A DNA stretch of 64,000 nt from Guillardia theta CCMP2712 (GCF_000315625.1 NW_005434661.1:768345-832344), one strand, 5' to 3'. Counted from the stretch's first letter, positions 1 through 11,755 are shown. Numbers and translations: made by a program. Notes: generated from the letters alone by a model not told the origin.

Positions 1-4
1 TTAG

Positions 5-100
5 AGGTTCCCTTATTTCCTGCAGGGTCCTTTATTTCGGGCAGGTTCCTTATTTTCCTGGCTAGGTTCATATTTCTTGACAGGTTCCTTATTTCCTGGC
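5..100. repeat. Degenerate ~19-bp minisatellite (AGGTTCCTTATTTCCTGGC-like, ~5 units), possibly truncated by the window edge
   Basis: Units aggttcccttatttcctgc / agggtcctttatttcgggc / aggttccttattttcctggct / aggttcatatttcttgac / aggttccttatttcctggc read directly. Confidence 0.75.
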
Positions 101-105
101 ATGCA

Positions 106-2636
106 GATTTCGGTACCTTGTGCTGGTGGAGTAAGAGCCGCCCAGGATGACGTAAGCCTCCTCATCCTCCTCGTCTTCATCATAGTCATCATCATATTTA
201 TCATCATAATCATGTCGTCATCCTCCTCCTCCTCCTCCTCATTGCTTTCTAGCGGCAGACGGATACTGTCTCTCTCGTTGAGCACTGTGTGCGTAACATC
301 CTACAAGTGTTGTTCTTGCAACACTCTGCTCCCTCCCCTCCCTTCCTCTCGACTTCTATCCGTCTCCTTCCTGACAATTCTCATGCTTCAGACATTCATT
401 GTCGACGTCGCCTCCTCTGCTTTCTCTCAGTGCATTCCCAACGGCTTTGCGGACAGCTCCCTGCTCTCGCGACAACAGCTCAAGGTAGGCGGGGGGCGAG
501 GAAGCGAGGAGGGAAAGGAAGAAGCGAGCAGGGAGAGGAGGAGGGAGGGAGGAAAGGAAGAGGGGTTGATGATAAGGGAGGGAGAGAGGAGAGGAGGGCA
601 AGAGAAGAGGAGGTTCCGATATCACAGGATATGAATGAAAGGAGCTTCATGAAGTTCAGAACTTGTTTGACGTCTTTGCAGGCTCTTTCTGATGTTTGCA
701 ATTCCGAGATCTACCGGTGTGTCTCCTCCTCTTGCTCCTCTTCCACCTTGTCCCTTCCTCCCTCCCTCTCTCCCTCCCCTGTTTTGCTGTCAGCTGCCTT
801 TTCAGCAATCCTCGTCTCCCCTCCTTCACCATCTCCTTTTCTTGCCACCTCCTCTCCTCCTCCTCCTCCTCTCCTCCTTCTCCTCCTCCTCTCCTCCTTC
901 TCCTCCTACTCATTACTTGACCATCATCGCATTGATCTGACCCCTTCGGCAGCATCTGGTATCACTTCCGCCTGAGAGAAGGAGACGGTTCTGTCGCTCC
1001 CGTCATCATCTTCATCGTCTATATGGTCTCTTCCTCTCCCAACCCCTGCTGCTGCTCCTCCTCTCCCTCCTCCTCTCCCTCCTCCTCTCCCTCCTCCTCT
1101 CCCTCCTCTCCCTCCTCTCCCTCCTCTCCTCAACATCCTGACAGTCGTCTCAGGGCCTGACGAGCATCGAGACGGTCATGTACTACACCTACATCCTCAA
1201 CTTCCATGAGGACGGGAGGATCCTGGACCTCTACAGGAGGCTCATCGCGTGAGTCCCTCCTTGGACCCTTCCCGCGTCCTGCCCCTCACGTTTTCCGCTC
1301 GCAGAAAGGAGGGGACGCTGTTCTGCCCCCTCGACGTCGAAGTCAGCCCTGCTGAGCTCATGACTATCCTCCAGGTCTGCCTGCTCTGCTCCTCGTCCCC
1401 TTCTTCTGTTCCCCTCCTAGCGCCATGAGTTACATCTACCCTCCTCCTCCTCCACCTCCTCCACCTCCCCCTCCCCCTCCTCCTCTTCCTCCTCTTCCCC
1501 CTTTCCCTCTTCCTTTCCCTTCCGCCCCCCCCCACCCCACTCGCCTGCTTTTTCCTCCTCTTTCTGCTCTCGGCTCTTGTTTCTTCCTCTTTCCTCTACC
1601 TCCCTTGGGGTGCCTCATTGATGTTTGATTTGTAATTAATCTGAGCAGATGGAGGGGGGAAAGATGGGAGGATGAAGGTACAGCATGGGCTGCTGCTGCA
1701 GACCAGGGGAAAGAGAGAGAGGAAGGGGGGTGCGAGAGGAAGGGAGAAGGAAGGAGTGAGGAAGGGAGAGGGAGGGGGAGAGAGAGGGGGGGGAGGGGAA
1801 CGAGAAGGACGAGGAGGATGTAATGATTTGTCTGCTAACTTTACTCTAGGAATTTAGTTGTCACAGAGATCAACGTCAATTATGAGAGCGAAAGTGAGGA
1901 GGAGACTCAAGCTTCCTCCTCCTCCTCTACCTCAAAAAGCTATACCCACATGGCGATATACACGTAGGAACTCCCCATCTTCCCCTGCCTCCCTCCCTGC
2001 TTCCCTCCCTGCCTCCCCTCCTTCCTGCCTCCCTTCCTTCCTCTTTCGTACTCCCATCCCCTCTTCCCAACCACCCCCCCCCTCCCCCTCACTCTCCTCT
2101 CCTTCCTAGCTGATGGCGCCTGATCGACCTCAGGTGCCAGAAGGAAGGGAAGCGCTTCCTTCATCGCCACTTCCTCCGCTTCCCCACAGGCAGCACCCGA
2201 GCGGTTCCCTCCTTGCCAGCATGACGAGATGCTGCAGGGGCCCTGGCGGAGCTCGTGGGGGATGAGGTGGAGTACCTCGTCTCCGCCTCCATCGTCTCTT
2301 CCATCCACAGGATCGTCGAGAGCTATGAGAGAGGTCTAGAGCACTTACTCCCTCCTCCCTCCTCCCTCCTCCTCTTGTACCTCTAAACCTTCGTTCCTCC
2401 TGCCCCCCACTTTCCACCCGCCTTCACTTGACTCTTCAGCTTCTCATCTTCTCCTTCCCATCTCAAATGCCAGCAGGCGAAGCTGCATGATGTGAAGGAG
2501 TTCAGCCAGGACGCGACGGGCTTTGAGCTTGTGTACATTGAAACATTGCCGGAAGCAACTTCTCTGCTATCATACACACAGTTCACGCTCTCCTCCTCAT
2601 CATCGGCTTCGCTGATTGTCCCAGGGATTTTCTGAG
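106..2636 (+). CDS. OFCC1-like membrane protein, 3' part, multi-exon (approximate bounds)
   Basis: Exons read IWYHFRLREGDGSVAPVIIFIVYM (~950-1025), YYTYILNFHEDGRILDLYRRLI (~1180-1247), LFCPLDVEVSPAELMTILQ (~1318-1373), RFLHRHFLRFPTG (~2153-2190) and IVESY (~2312). These resemble the C-terminal motifs of OFCC1 homologues as I recall them. Confidence 0.5.
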
Positions 2637-2934
2637 CCTGGCTGGCAGCTCCTGTACCATCAAGTCACGAGCCTCCGCCTCCCTCCCTGCTCCTCCCGCG
2701 GCCTCGTCCCTTCTCTGCCTCTTCCTCGTCGTTTTGACACTCTCTTTTCCCTCCCTCTTCCTCCTCGCTCCCCGTCAAGCCTCCTCTCACCTCCATTGTG
2801 TCATCGTCCAGCTCCGACAGCGACGCGATACTCTCCTTCAAGGTGAACCAAAGGCGGTCGAGCTTGGCGACCTGCGCAGCAGAGTTAACCAGCCGAAGGT
2901 CAATGAGACGCAGAGAAAGACGGGGTAAGGGGAA

Positions 2935-4992
2935 TCAAGAGCAGCTGAGGCAGCAGGAAAGAACCTTGTTGTATGAGAGCTTGATCGCCTCCTTCCTCTG
3001 CTTAGCCTCTTCCCACCTAATCATCCAGCGAGTGAGCATAGAAACACAGGAAAGGAGGATGACATGAGGGGGAGGGAGGAGGAGGAGGGGAGGAAGGGAG
3101 CAGGGAGGAGGAAGGGAGCAGGGAGGAGGAAGGTAGCAGGGAGGAGGAAGGTAGCAGGGAGGAGGAGGAGAGGGTCCTAACCTCTTGTCTGCCGCGATCT
3201 CACCCTCAGTCAGATCTTCCTTGCCGAAGGATGGGGGAGCGATGCCCCACTCAACCACGCTGTGCAAACGACACGAGAGTCAACATGAGAGCGAGAGGGG
3301 GGTGGCGAGGAAGGGAGGAGACATGAAGGAAACATTGAGGTGAAGCAGAAATGAAAGTGCCAGGAACACGAGTGAGAGGAGGAGAAGGAGATGACCTTCG
3401 TGTTACGATGTCAACACACTCAGCAGAGTTCTTGCTCAAGACGTCATCATTCACCACCTCGTCCCACTGAGAACAGTCAGCCGCCTCCTTCCCTCCCTTC
3501 TCCCCTCCTCCTTCCCTCCCTTCTCTCGTTCTCTTTACCTGGCATGGCTCCCAGTAATCGTACGTGGGCACACGAATCAGGCGGCACTGGATAAACGTGA
3601 GGAGGAGAAGGGGAGCAAGGGAAATTGCAAGGGAAGATAGACGAGTACAAAGGTAAGAGTCAAGAGGTGAAGAGATGAAGAGGCGAGGGGAGGGAGGAAG
3701 CAGGAACGAGGAAAGATGAAGAAGGAGGAGCAAGGGGGAGGAGGAAGAATGCTCTTATGACAGGATCTTACTTGATCTCCACCCCCCAGCACGTTCCCAT
3801 CGTCATCGAACATGATTGTGCGAGATATTGACACCCATGACATTCCGGAATCCTTTGAAAGCTCATCGCACACAAACTGGGCAGCAAGTCAGCTCCCCCC
3901 GCCTCACTCGCTGACACGGCAGCTGACCTGCAAGCTCTTCCTTGCAGCAAACTCAGGGTGTCCATCCTTACAGTCCTGCCTCGAGAACAGTCTGTAGATG
4001 AACTTGAAACCTAGCACCGCCCCTCAGCTTTCTGCATTAAGGAAAGCCCTCAAGTACCTGCCACCTCCTCCATCGCGGCACAAACTTTGCTCGCCCATGC
4101 CCGTTCGGAGTGCGTGTACACCTGAAGATCCTGTGTCAGCCTATCCCCTCGCTCGATGAGACTCCTCCTCATCCTACCACAATCGTGGCCCCGATTTCAC
4201 GTAGATACTGAATCATGCTGATCAAACTGCCGCGTACACGTCAATCCCTGCTCACATCTTCCTCCTCCTGCTCTTCCTCCTCACCCTGGGCGCAACATCC
4301 CTCGCTTCAGAAAGGGAACGATCTCGTCTGCGTTAAGCCCATGGTGCCTCCCCTCCGGCCACCAAGTCCAGTCGACATTCGTCTCAATGTTGTCCCTGCG
4401 CAAGGCAAGGCACGAGTCAGAACACCCCGAGGAGGACATCAGATTCAAGTCACCGATCGGACAGAGCCACCAGGTCACCGACCATCGTTCTGTCCATGTC
4501 AAACACGACCAGCAGCTCTTCACCGATCTTGGAGGTCGAGTGCTCTTCGTGGTCCTCCTCCTCCTCATCATCCGATTCCACAGCGATCGCGAGCTCCGAT
4601 TGAGTTCTCTTGAGACTCGAGGTGGGTGTGACTGTCCCTACCGTGTGATCCAACGTGTGGTGTTTGGCATCATGCTCCTGATGCTTGGCTGCGGTTTCCT
4701 CCTTGGCTACTGGCGCAGCTTCTTCCTCCTCGTCGTCGAGGTGAAGGTTCGACATGGACATGAACTTCCGTGAGAGAGTGCGGTGCTCTTCATGTCCGGC
4801 TCCCTGCTTGTGATGTCCATTGGCCGCGGTGGGCGACAGGCTGAATTTCTGCCCATCAAGTGACGAGTTGCGGCATGGCTTCACTTGTGGGGATTTGATG
4901 TGCATAAGAAAATCGTCGTCCTCATGCTCCTCGTGGTCCAAGAGTTCGATCTTAGTCTCGGGAAGATGCGAAGCTGAATCTCCTGTTCCCAT
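2935..4992 (-). CDS. FCP1/NIF-like HAD-superfamily phosphatase, multi-exon
   Basis: LLVVFDMDRTMVG (DxDxT motif I), MLRPG, VYTHSERAWA, RLFSRQDC and RTIMFDD (motif IV) in successive minus-strand exons. Confidence 0.75.
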
Positions 4993-5459
4993 GGCAAGAC
5001 TGAGAGATGTGCGTCAAACGCGATTAAGAGCTTGAACCAAATGTATACTTTCTCAAAGTTCGGAATCGGCTTCTGACGATTTGCTACTGCGACGGCTGAC
5101 ACCTCAAATGTTCCTCCTACAAGTAAAAGGAAGCTTAGAAAGAATGTCGCGAATCGATGAAAGCAAAACATCTCCCTTCTGCTTGTGTGTGATTGCAATG
5201 ATGCGTCTAATGGTGTAGACAAAGCAGAACAATCTGCCTCTCACCCTATCTGAACTGTTCAAACGCACAACAGATGCATGATCTGCTATCTACATGTCAC
5301 TCCTGCTGCTCGTCTTTGACATCCCCTAATCCATCCCTTCCCATGTCCACCCTTGACGCGCAGCATTCCATGTGCCTGAGAGCAGCATGTGCAGGGGATA
5401 CCTTCCTATCGATATTACAACAATATTTTAGTCAAATTAATTACAATAGTATTCTGGTA

Positions 5460-6680
5460 GGTCTTTTATACACGTGAAGATCACCCCTACATTCTCGGGT
5501 ATTTAGAGGGGTAGTCTGAGGGTATGCCTGCTTCCGTTCTCCCGGCTTTGGGCGGTAGACAGTGGGGGTAGGGGGCGATGAGATCCCCATGTGAGGCAAT
5601 TGAAGGGGGTGGGGTTCTTCACGGAGGGGTCCTATGAAAGTGAATTGATATGAGGGGTCCTTGAGATGAGAGTACCTACCCTCCTTTCTGGAAGTTGCAT
5701 TCGGTGAGATGCTGGGGAAAGGGGGTACCTCACAACAAGGAAGATTGTGGAGGATGGTGGGGTACATTTAGGCCATCTCCAGAAGCGCAGGGTGGGGTAC
5801 CCATACTAAAAGTATTTTATTTTGAGCCGGTTTGAAGCCATGAAGGGTCATGATAGGATAAGATGGGGTGAGGGTGGTACATAATGAGGGACTCAAGGGT
5901 AAATGGTGGGGTATTATGAGGTTCCAAATGGGGTGGTCTGTCCTAATTGGTGCATTCGTCTCGGGGTACGGGGTAATGTGGATACCGGTCACTCGAACTA
6001 CCCCCATGGGGGTGATTTTGTACCTTTGCATCTGTTCGAAAAATGGGGTGGGATGGCGGAGTCAGGGTCTTGAGGTGGAGAAGGGGGAGGGTGGGGGTAG
6101 TCCTTTGTTGAAGAAGGTGCAGCCGACCGTAGCTTCAAACTCACCGGGCCCCCGGCCCGGCCCCGGCCCCCGCCGGGCCCGGCCGGGGCCGGTGGGGGCC
6201 GGCTCCGAGTGCGGACTGATAACCGACGGTGGGACTCTTGTGACAACTTGTACTTACTTTTAACTTAGTAACTTTGAGAAAAAGTCTTGTCCGATCAACT
6301 CTCAGACTCCTAACTTAGGCTCCGCTGACGGTCTCGGAGTGAGTAACCCAGGTCGAGTGACCGGCATGGACTCAGTCGGGCCCAGCCGGTCCCCAGACTC
6401 GCGTGTAGCCTAGCATGATGTGATTTTTTGAAATTTCAAGATAAGGTTGATTTTGACAACTTGTAGATAAAACTTCAAATTAAATAACAAATGTTCAAAT
6501 AAGAATTGGACCGTACTGGGGGATTCGTTCCTGCCGTTGGCTTGTGGCATCTGTCTCAGTGAGATGGGGGGGTAGGGGGTGATAATCTTATATCGATCAC
6601 CCCTACTTTATACCAGGTAAACCCCCTCAACACACGGGGTAGTCTGACTCATCTATCATACGATCCTAACCCTTTGAACT
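5460..6680. promoter_or_regulatory. Divergent intergenic region with a dense GGGGT/ACCCC motif block and a GGCC/CCGG-rich block (6143-6400)
   Basis: Many GGGGT/ACCCC pentamers between head-to-head gene starts (4992 minus, ~7024 plus); the same pattern recurs at other divergent gaps. Confidence 0.5.
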
Positions 6681-7023
6681 ATGCAACTGGGCTGGCAGCC
6701 AATGAGCGGCAGGGCGTCAGAAACCAATGAACTGACAGGAGGAAGAGGAGGAAGAGGAGGAAGAGGAGGGGAGAGGAGGAGGAGGAGGAGGAGGAGGAGG
6801 AGGAGGAGGAGGAGGAGGGGTTCTCCTGAGGAGGAGGGGGATAGGATGAGGGGAATGGGAATGGGAATGAGCGATGAAGCGAGATGAAGGCAGCAGGTTT
6901 GCAGGACGAACTATTCTGAGCTGGAGGGCAATGCTTGAAGTTACTTGACTATGAGAGGATGTCAAGGACGATAGGGTTGTCAGGGGATATACGATGACTT
7001 GCATGCAAACTGATGTCTTCTTC

Positions 7024-9045
7024 TGCAGATTTTCGTCCTGGAAGATGGAGGTATCGGACAAAGAGAACTTGGTTCAGCCCGAGAGCACCACCAACTGGCT
7101 GAATGGCCGAAAGATGAATCTTCTGTCGAATGTTGCGATCGGAGGGAAGGCGGGCCTGCAGTTGAAGAGCAATCACGGGGACTCGCACGCGAGCATGCAA
7201 GACGAGTCTGGTCACGAGATGAAGAAGAGCAACAAGAGAGTATGCTTTGAGATCGATCAGAACGTGATCGCAAACCAGAACATCTCCTCGTTGCAAGCAA
7301 ACGTAATATCTAGAGAGCCCAAGGTCTTTCGTGTGCTGCCCGAGAAGAGGAGCCAGGCAGAAGACGATGAGGAGGTCGTGGAGACTGAACCACAACAAGA
7401 CATGTGTCAAGGCATCGAGGAATCCGAGGGAGAGTTGAAGGGGGGAGAAGCAGTTTCGAATGAGGAGGAAGAAATGGAAGGTGTTGTGCATGAAAAGGTG
7501 GAACATGTCAATCCAGCACAACCGAAAGAGGACAAAGAGAACTCGCAGGTAGACGACAAACAGACCGATAAGCCTCCAGCGTCTGGTAGCTCCTTTCTTA
7601 TCCTTGTAGCTTTTGTTGACGCTGGCAGTCTCAGCCGTCGATGGTGCGAACGAGGGAGTTTGTCGTGGACCGAAGAAAGAGCACAACTTGCGCATAGTCA
7701 GCCTTGCTATGATGTCAGATGGTGCGATGATTGACTTGAGCTCAGGCGGTTCAGAAGAGCAGGCGGTCGGAGGAGAATCGAAGTCTCCTGGAGATCTCGT
7801 CTCCTGCTACTAAGACGATCTCCTTCAAGAAATCAGATGAGCCGATGAGAGATAAGCTCGTCGTCGTCGAGAGCCTCGGCCTCACTCTCGTCAACTCAGA
7901 CTGCATGGATGTGCTTGTTGCCCATGTGGACAAGAACCGAAACGCGTACAAGGCAGGTGTGAGATCAGGAGATCTTGTTGTCTCTCTCTGCTTCAAGCTA
8001 GAGGCGTCGACGACGTTGCAAGAGGTGATATGATGTACTGATGTGCTTCAATGTTGTCTCAACCAACCATCAGCTTCGCCCTGACCTTGCGCTCTTGGTA
8101 GGTGCAAGAACGACTGCAGACTATGGAGGACGACGATGTCGTGATCATCGAAGAAGATCAAGAGCTGGTAGCAATCGCCAAGTCGGACGAGAAGATCCAG
8201 CGAGTGCTCGCAGGGAGATCCTCGCACGACAGGTTGGTGGCTCTGGGGAGCAAGAGGATATCGGGGATGCATGTCAAAGAGATTGGGAACCTGTTTGCCA
8301 GCGACGGCAGCCTTGCCATCATCCTGGGACTCGCTGTGAACCTCGAGAGGCTGAATGTTTCCATTCAAGATTTCGCCAGCGACTATGAGGGGATGGTGGA
8401 GAGCTCGGACTCAATCGTCAGGTGCATGAAGTGGATTCAGGTTGACGTCGGCGCCGCATGTGCGACCGAGGAGCACAGGTTCTGTCCTTCCCAAGGCAGT
8501 GCCACAGCAGCAGGAGCAGGAAGCTCCCGGGGGCTACCCAGTCAAACGGCAGATGAACCAAAGATAGAGAACAAGGCTGCAGCATTGTTTCATGCTCCCT
8601 ATGATGACGTTTCCATGCATCACACTCGATTGCCTGTGGCTCGCGGCCCAGGAGCCGAAGACCTCTCCTTCACCCCAAGGCAGCAGCTTGTGAGACAAGA
8701 GAAGCGATCAGTTCCGGACTACCTCTCGTGGCTGGAAGACGTCACCATTACCGACCTCAAGCAGGCAGCCTGGATCCACCACTCCCAGCAGACTCCACTC
8801 AGAGACGAGATGCCAAGGGTGGCCAGGCAGGAGGAGAAGATGGAGATCGACGCCATGTGCGTCGCCAGCAGCGCTGGAATCGACGTCATGTCCGCCAAGC
8901 AGGTGCCCCTGCCATGAGAGAGTGAGAGCAGCAGGTTGCTCACGTGCCCGTGCAGGTCCTGCGCATGTACAGCATGGACGTTGTGGAGGCGATCTATGCC
9001 CTCAAGCATGGGCTCGTTCGCCTGCCCCTCGCAAGAGACGCCTGA
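7024..9045 (+). CDS. Hypothetical protein with a PDZ-like domain and a C-terminal NAC/HYPK-type UBA-like helical domain, multi-exon
   Basis: LGLTLVNSDCMDVLVAHVDKNRNAYKAGVRSGD (PDZ-like). EIDAMCVASSAGIDVMSAKQ|VLRMYSMDVVEAIYALK (UBA-like) is joined by a GT-AG intron; stop at 9043-9045. Confidence 0.55.
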
Positions 9046-9244
9046 CGCGTCTCCGGTCAAGCCTCCTTGTACATACCTGATACATTACCAAAAGGACTCT
9101 TTCACCCCGTGGACAAGTTTTGTTGCGCATGATTTACCAGCAACAACAGTTCAAACTACAAACAGCTGAGACTTCGCAAGTGAAGTTCTCGAAAAGATTG
9201 GAATCAATAAATCAACAGTCGTCTCCCAGAAAAAGATCCTCCTC

Positions 9245-11065
9245 TCATCGTCTTGATGGCGGAACATACTTGCCCATCGGTCTCGCTTTGTTTCCCGGAG
9301 AAGCTTTGGGCGTCGTTACTTTCTGTGGAGTTTTCCGCTCGAGGCTTGGCGACTTCTTGAGGCTCGCTTGGTTCTCGGCTTCTTCTTCTTCGCTGTTACT
9401 TGAGGTGCTGTTGCATTCCTCGTCTGGCTTGTTGCGCTCCTGGTTTGCAAACTCCACCTTCAACGTCGTGCAGCCACGTCCCCGGAGCTTCCGGCGCCCA
9501 AGCTCCGGGCAAGACGTGGACGTCAACGCCCTCAGCATCCTCCGCACTACCCACGGCACAGTCTGCATCAGCGGGTACCCCTGCTGATGATACTGCTCCA
9601 GCCTCTGAGCTACCGCTAGCGGAACGGTCTCCCAGCCGTTGTCTGTCTGAAAGCTCGTAGGCATCAAGATGCTGATCTCTCTCCCCGACGACGGCTTCCA
9701 GTCCCGCAAGATCCATCGCTGCACGTCGGTGATGGTGTTCTGACCGGCACATCCCGCACACTCTGCAATCTCCGTCGCACAGTTGAGATCTGGAACAAGA
9801 ATCACGCTCTGCAGCTCCTGTTGCACAACTGTGCCGGCCCCGCACAGGGCCTGGAACTGATCAGCCACCAGCACGGCGAACTGAACGCTCACTTCCCCCT
9901 GATTCTCTTCTTTTGACGAGGGTGCATACGCCCGTACCAAGATCAGAATCTGTACCAAGCAAGCAAGAGCGCTCAGGGGAGCCGCAGGGTAGTGAGAGCG
10001 AAGAAAGCTCTTGACGAACCGCAGCGGATCCTCGTGGTTGTTCCTCAGCTTGTTGATGTGCTCCAAGAAGGTCTGGACGAAGATTTTGCCGTACCGCTGC
10101 TCGTCCTCCCAGCTGTTGGGGACCAGTCCCTTGTCGCAGATCGCATGCGCATAGAGCAAAAGACCGTTGACCACCACCTTGGGATCATGGACATTTAGTT
10201 TGCGATGCGCGATCGTTGCCAACGCATCCTCAAACTTCGTCGCCAGCGATCGCGGCACTATTGCAAACTTCGTCTTCTTCCCATACATCGCATGTTGCCA
10301 ACCATACTGAGCCGGAGAAGGGAGATTGATCACGAAGGCGTTGGCGTGATCGAAGAAAGACCGCGTTTGCTTGATCTCCGAAGGAGTCCCGCGACAGAAC
10401 TCCAAGTCAAGGTTCCTGCCTGTTGTCGGATCGCCGATAGAGAGCAGACTGAACGATCCCACGACCACCTGCTTCTGAAAGTAAAAGCTTCGAACAATCG
10501 TCGACAGGTCCTTTGAGGGCGGTTGTACTGATCTGCTTTCAAACCACGTTGTGTATGCCTCTATGATAGCTTTCTCCACCACGTCTCTGCACTTGTCGAA
10601 GTCTAGCGTGCCGATGTAGAAGCGGAGGTCCAAGTCCGTAGGGACTACCCGCAGATCTTGGATTTTGAAGTCGTGTGCAATCACCGATCTTGCAACGCCG
10701 CCATACACTTCCACCACAGTCTCATATTCATTCTCTGAGTTCTTTTCTGCAATCTCGCGAAGTAAGCCATCCAGCTCCTCGGATATTTGCGCTATCAGAT
10801 CTCGAGGCTTCACGATCAACTCAGGCAAGTTCTCAGGCAGTTCAGACACCTGCGGCGTGACCATACGTCGTTGTGTGGGAACGACTTTGAAGTCGCTCGC
10901 CAGGATGTCACACAGTTTCTTTTGGCCGAGCTCACCCAATATCTGGTTATCACTCGCTGTCGCCGTGCTGCTGCTGTCGCCATTTCCGTTCGCTGGGCCT
11001 TTGCTGCTCATATTAGTTTCTGTAACGAGTGTACCATTTACAGAATCATTTTGTGCACCAGTCAT
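9245..11065 (-). CDS. TENT5: TENT5/FAM46-family terminal nucleotidyltransferase (non-canonical poly(A) polymerase), intronless, 606 aa
   Basis: VYGGVARSV...TDLDLRF (G[GS]...DxD), SLLSI..GRNLDLEF..RSFFDHANAFVI (cf. FAM46 GKNVELKF..RQFEFSVDSFQI) and FEDALATIAHRKL..DP..V.NGLLLY (cf. FEEAFDHLQNRLI..NPEEIRGGGLLKY). Confidence 0.85.
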   Translation of the reverse strand: MTGAQNDSVNGTLVTETNMSSKGPANGNGDSSSTATASDNQILGELGQKKLCDILASDFKVVPTQRRMVTPQVSELPENLPELIVKPRDLIAQISEELDGLLREIAEKNSENEYETVVEVYGGVARSVIAHDFKIQDLRVVPTDLDLRFYIGTLDFDKCRDVVEKAIIEAYTTWFESRSVQPPSKDLSTIVRSFYFQKQVVVGSFSLLSIGDPTTGRNLDLEFCRGTPSEIKQTRSFFDHANAFVINLPSPAQYGWQHAMYGKKTKFAIVPRSLATKFEDALATIAHRKLNVHDPKVVVNGLLLYAHAICDKGLVPNSWEDEQRYGKIFVQTFLEHINKLRNNHEDPLRFVKSFLRSHYPAAPLSALACLVQILILVRAYAPSSKEENQGEVSVQFAVLVADQFQALCGAGTVVQQELQSVILVPDLNCATEIAECAGCAGQNTITDVQRWILRDWKPSSGREISILMPTSFQTDNGWETVPLAVAQRLEQYHQQGYPLMQTVPWVVRRMLRALTSTSCPELGRRKLRGRGCTTLKVEFANQERNKPDEECNSTSSNSEEEEAENQASLKKSPSLERKTPQKVTTPKASPGNKARPMGKYVPPSRR

Positions 11066-11755
11066 ACTTTGGCCTCCTCCCTCGAGCGAACGGCTTGGGC
11101 TAAGCCCTTGCCCTTGAATGTTTGAAGAAATTGAAATAAACTGCCGTGCAACCTGTTCTGTTTGTATGCAAGTCTGTCTTCAAACAAATTGGATACAAGA
11201 GCTTGCTGAGTTCCCAATCTCTTCACAGCCTCCCAGTGCAACTACTCTATTGATACGCAGAGTACAGGTCGAGATTCTCAGATCCAAAGCCGTCTGCCCG
11301 AGAGGGGAGGGAAATGTTGGTTGCGGTACTGATGTGAAGGGGGAATGGTCAATATCAATCACTCAAATTACTGTGATTTGAAAGAGCACACGAAACTAAT
11401 GTTACACACCAAGACCAATCGACCTACACGAAATTATTCAGAGTCGATGTTTTCGTCCCCGGTGTTTGTGCTTCGATTGTTGTCTGATCTGATTTCCAGA
11501 ACAGTGGCTACGAGAGAACTTCGTTGCTGACTTAGCTCGAACCAAAGTGTCCCAGAGACTGCAGCAGCAACTCTGAAAGGGTTACGCCGCAAGCACAACA
11601 AAAAGAACAATCCGAGGTGAGAGAAAAAGCAGGAGCGGCAGTAGCAGCAGCTCTCGGGAGGTGTGTGGAAGCGATGACGAGGGGAGGAGCGGCAGGCGCG
11701 GAGGGGAGCGGCGCGAGCGGGAGGGGAGGGGCAACAAGGGTGGTCATGATACAAG

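Noticed and set aside
5-100. Short repeats as a CRISPR array (also 15216-15276, 19718-19778)
   Set aside because: They are tandem units without unique spacers, with no cas genes, in a eukaryotic context.
9595-9616. GGTAGCTCAG...GAGCA on the minus strand resembles a tRNA D-arm
   Set aside because: No T-arm (GTTCRA) or acceptor stem; it lies within a CDS.
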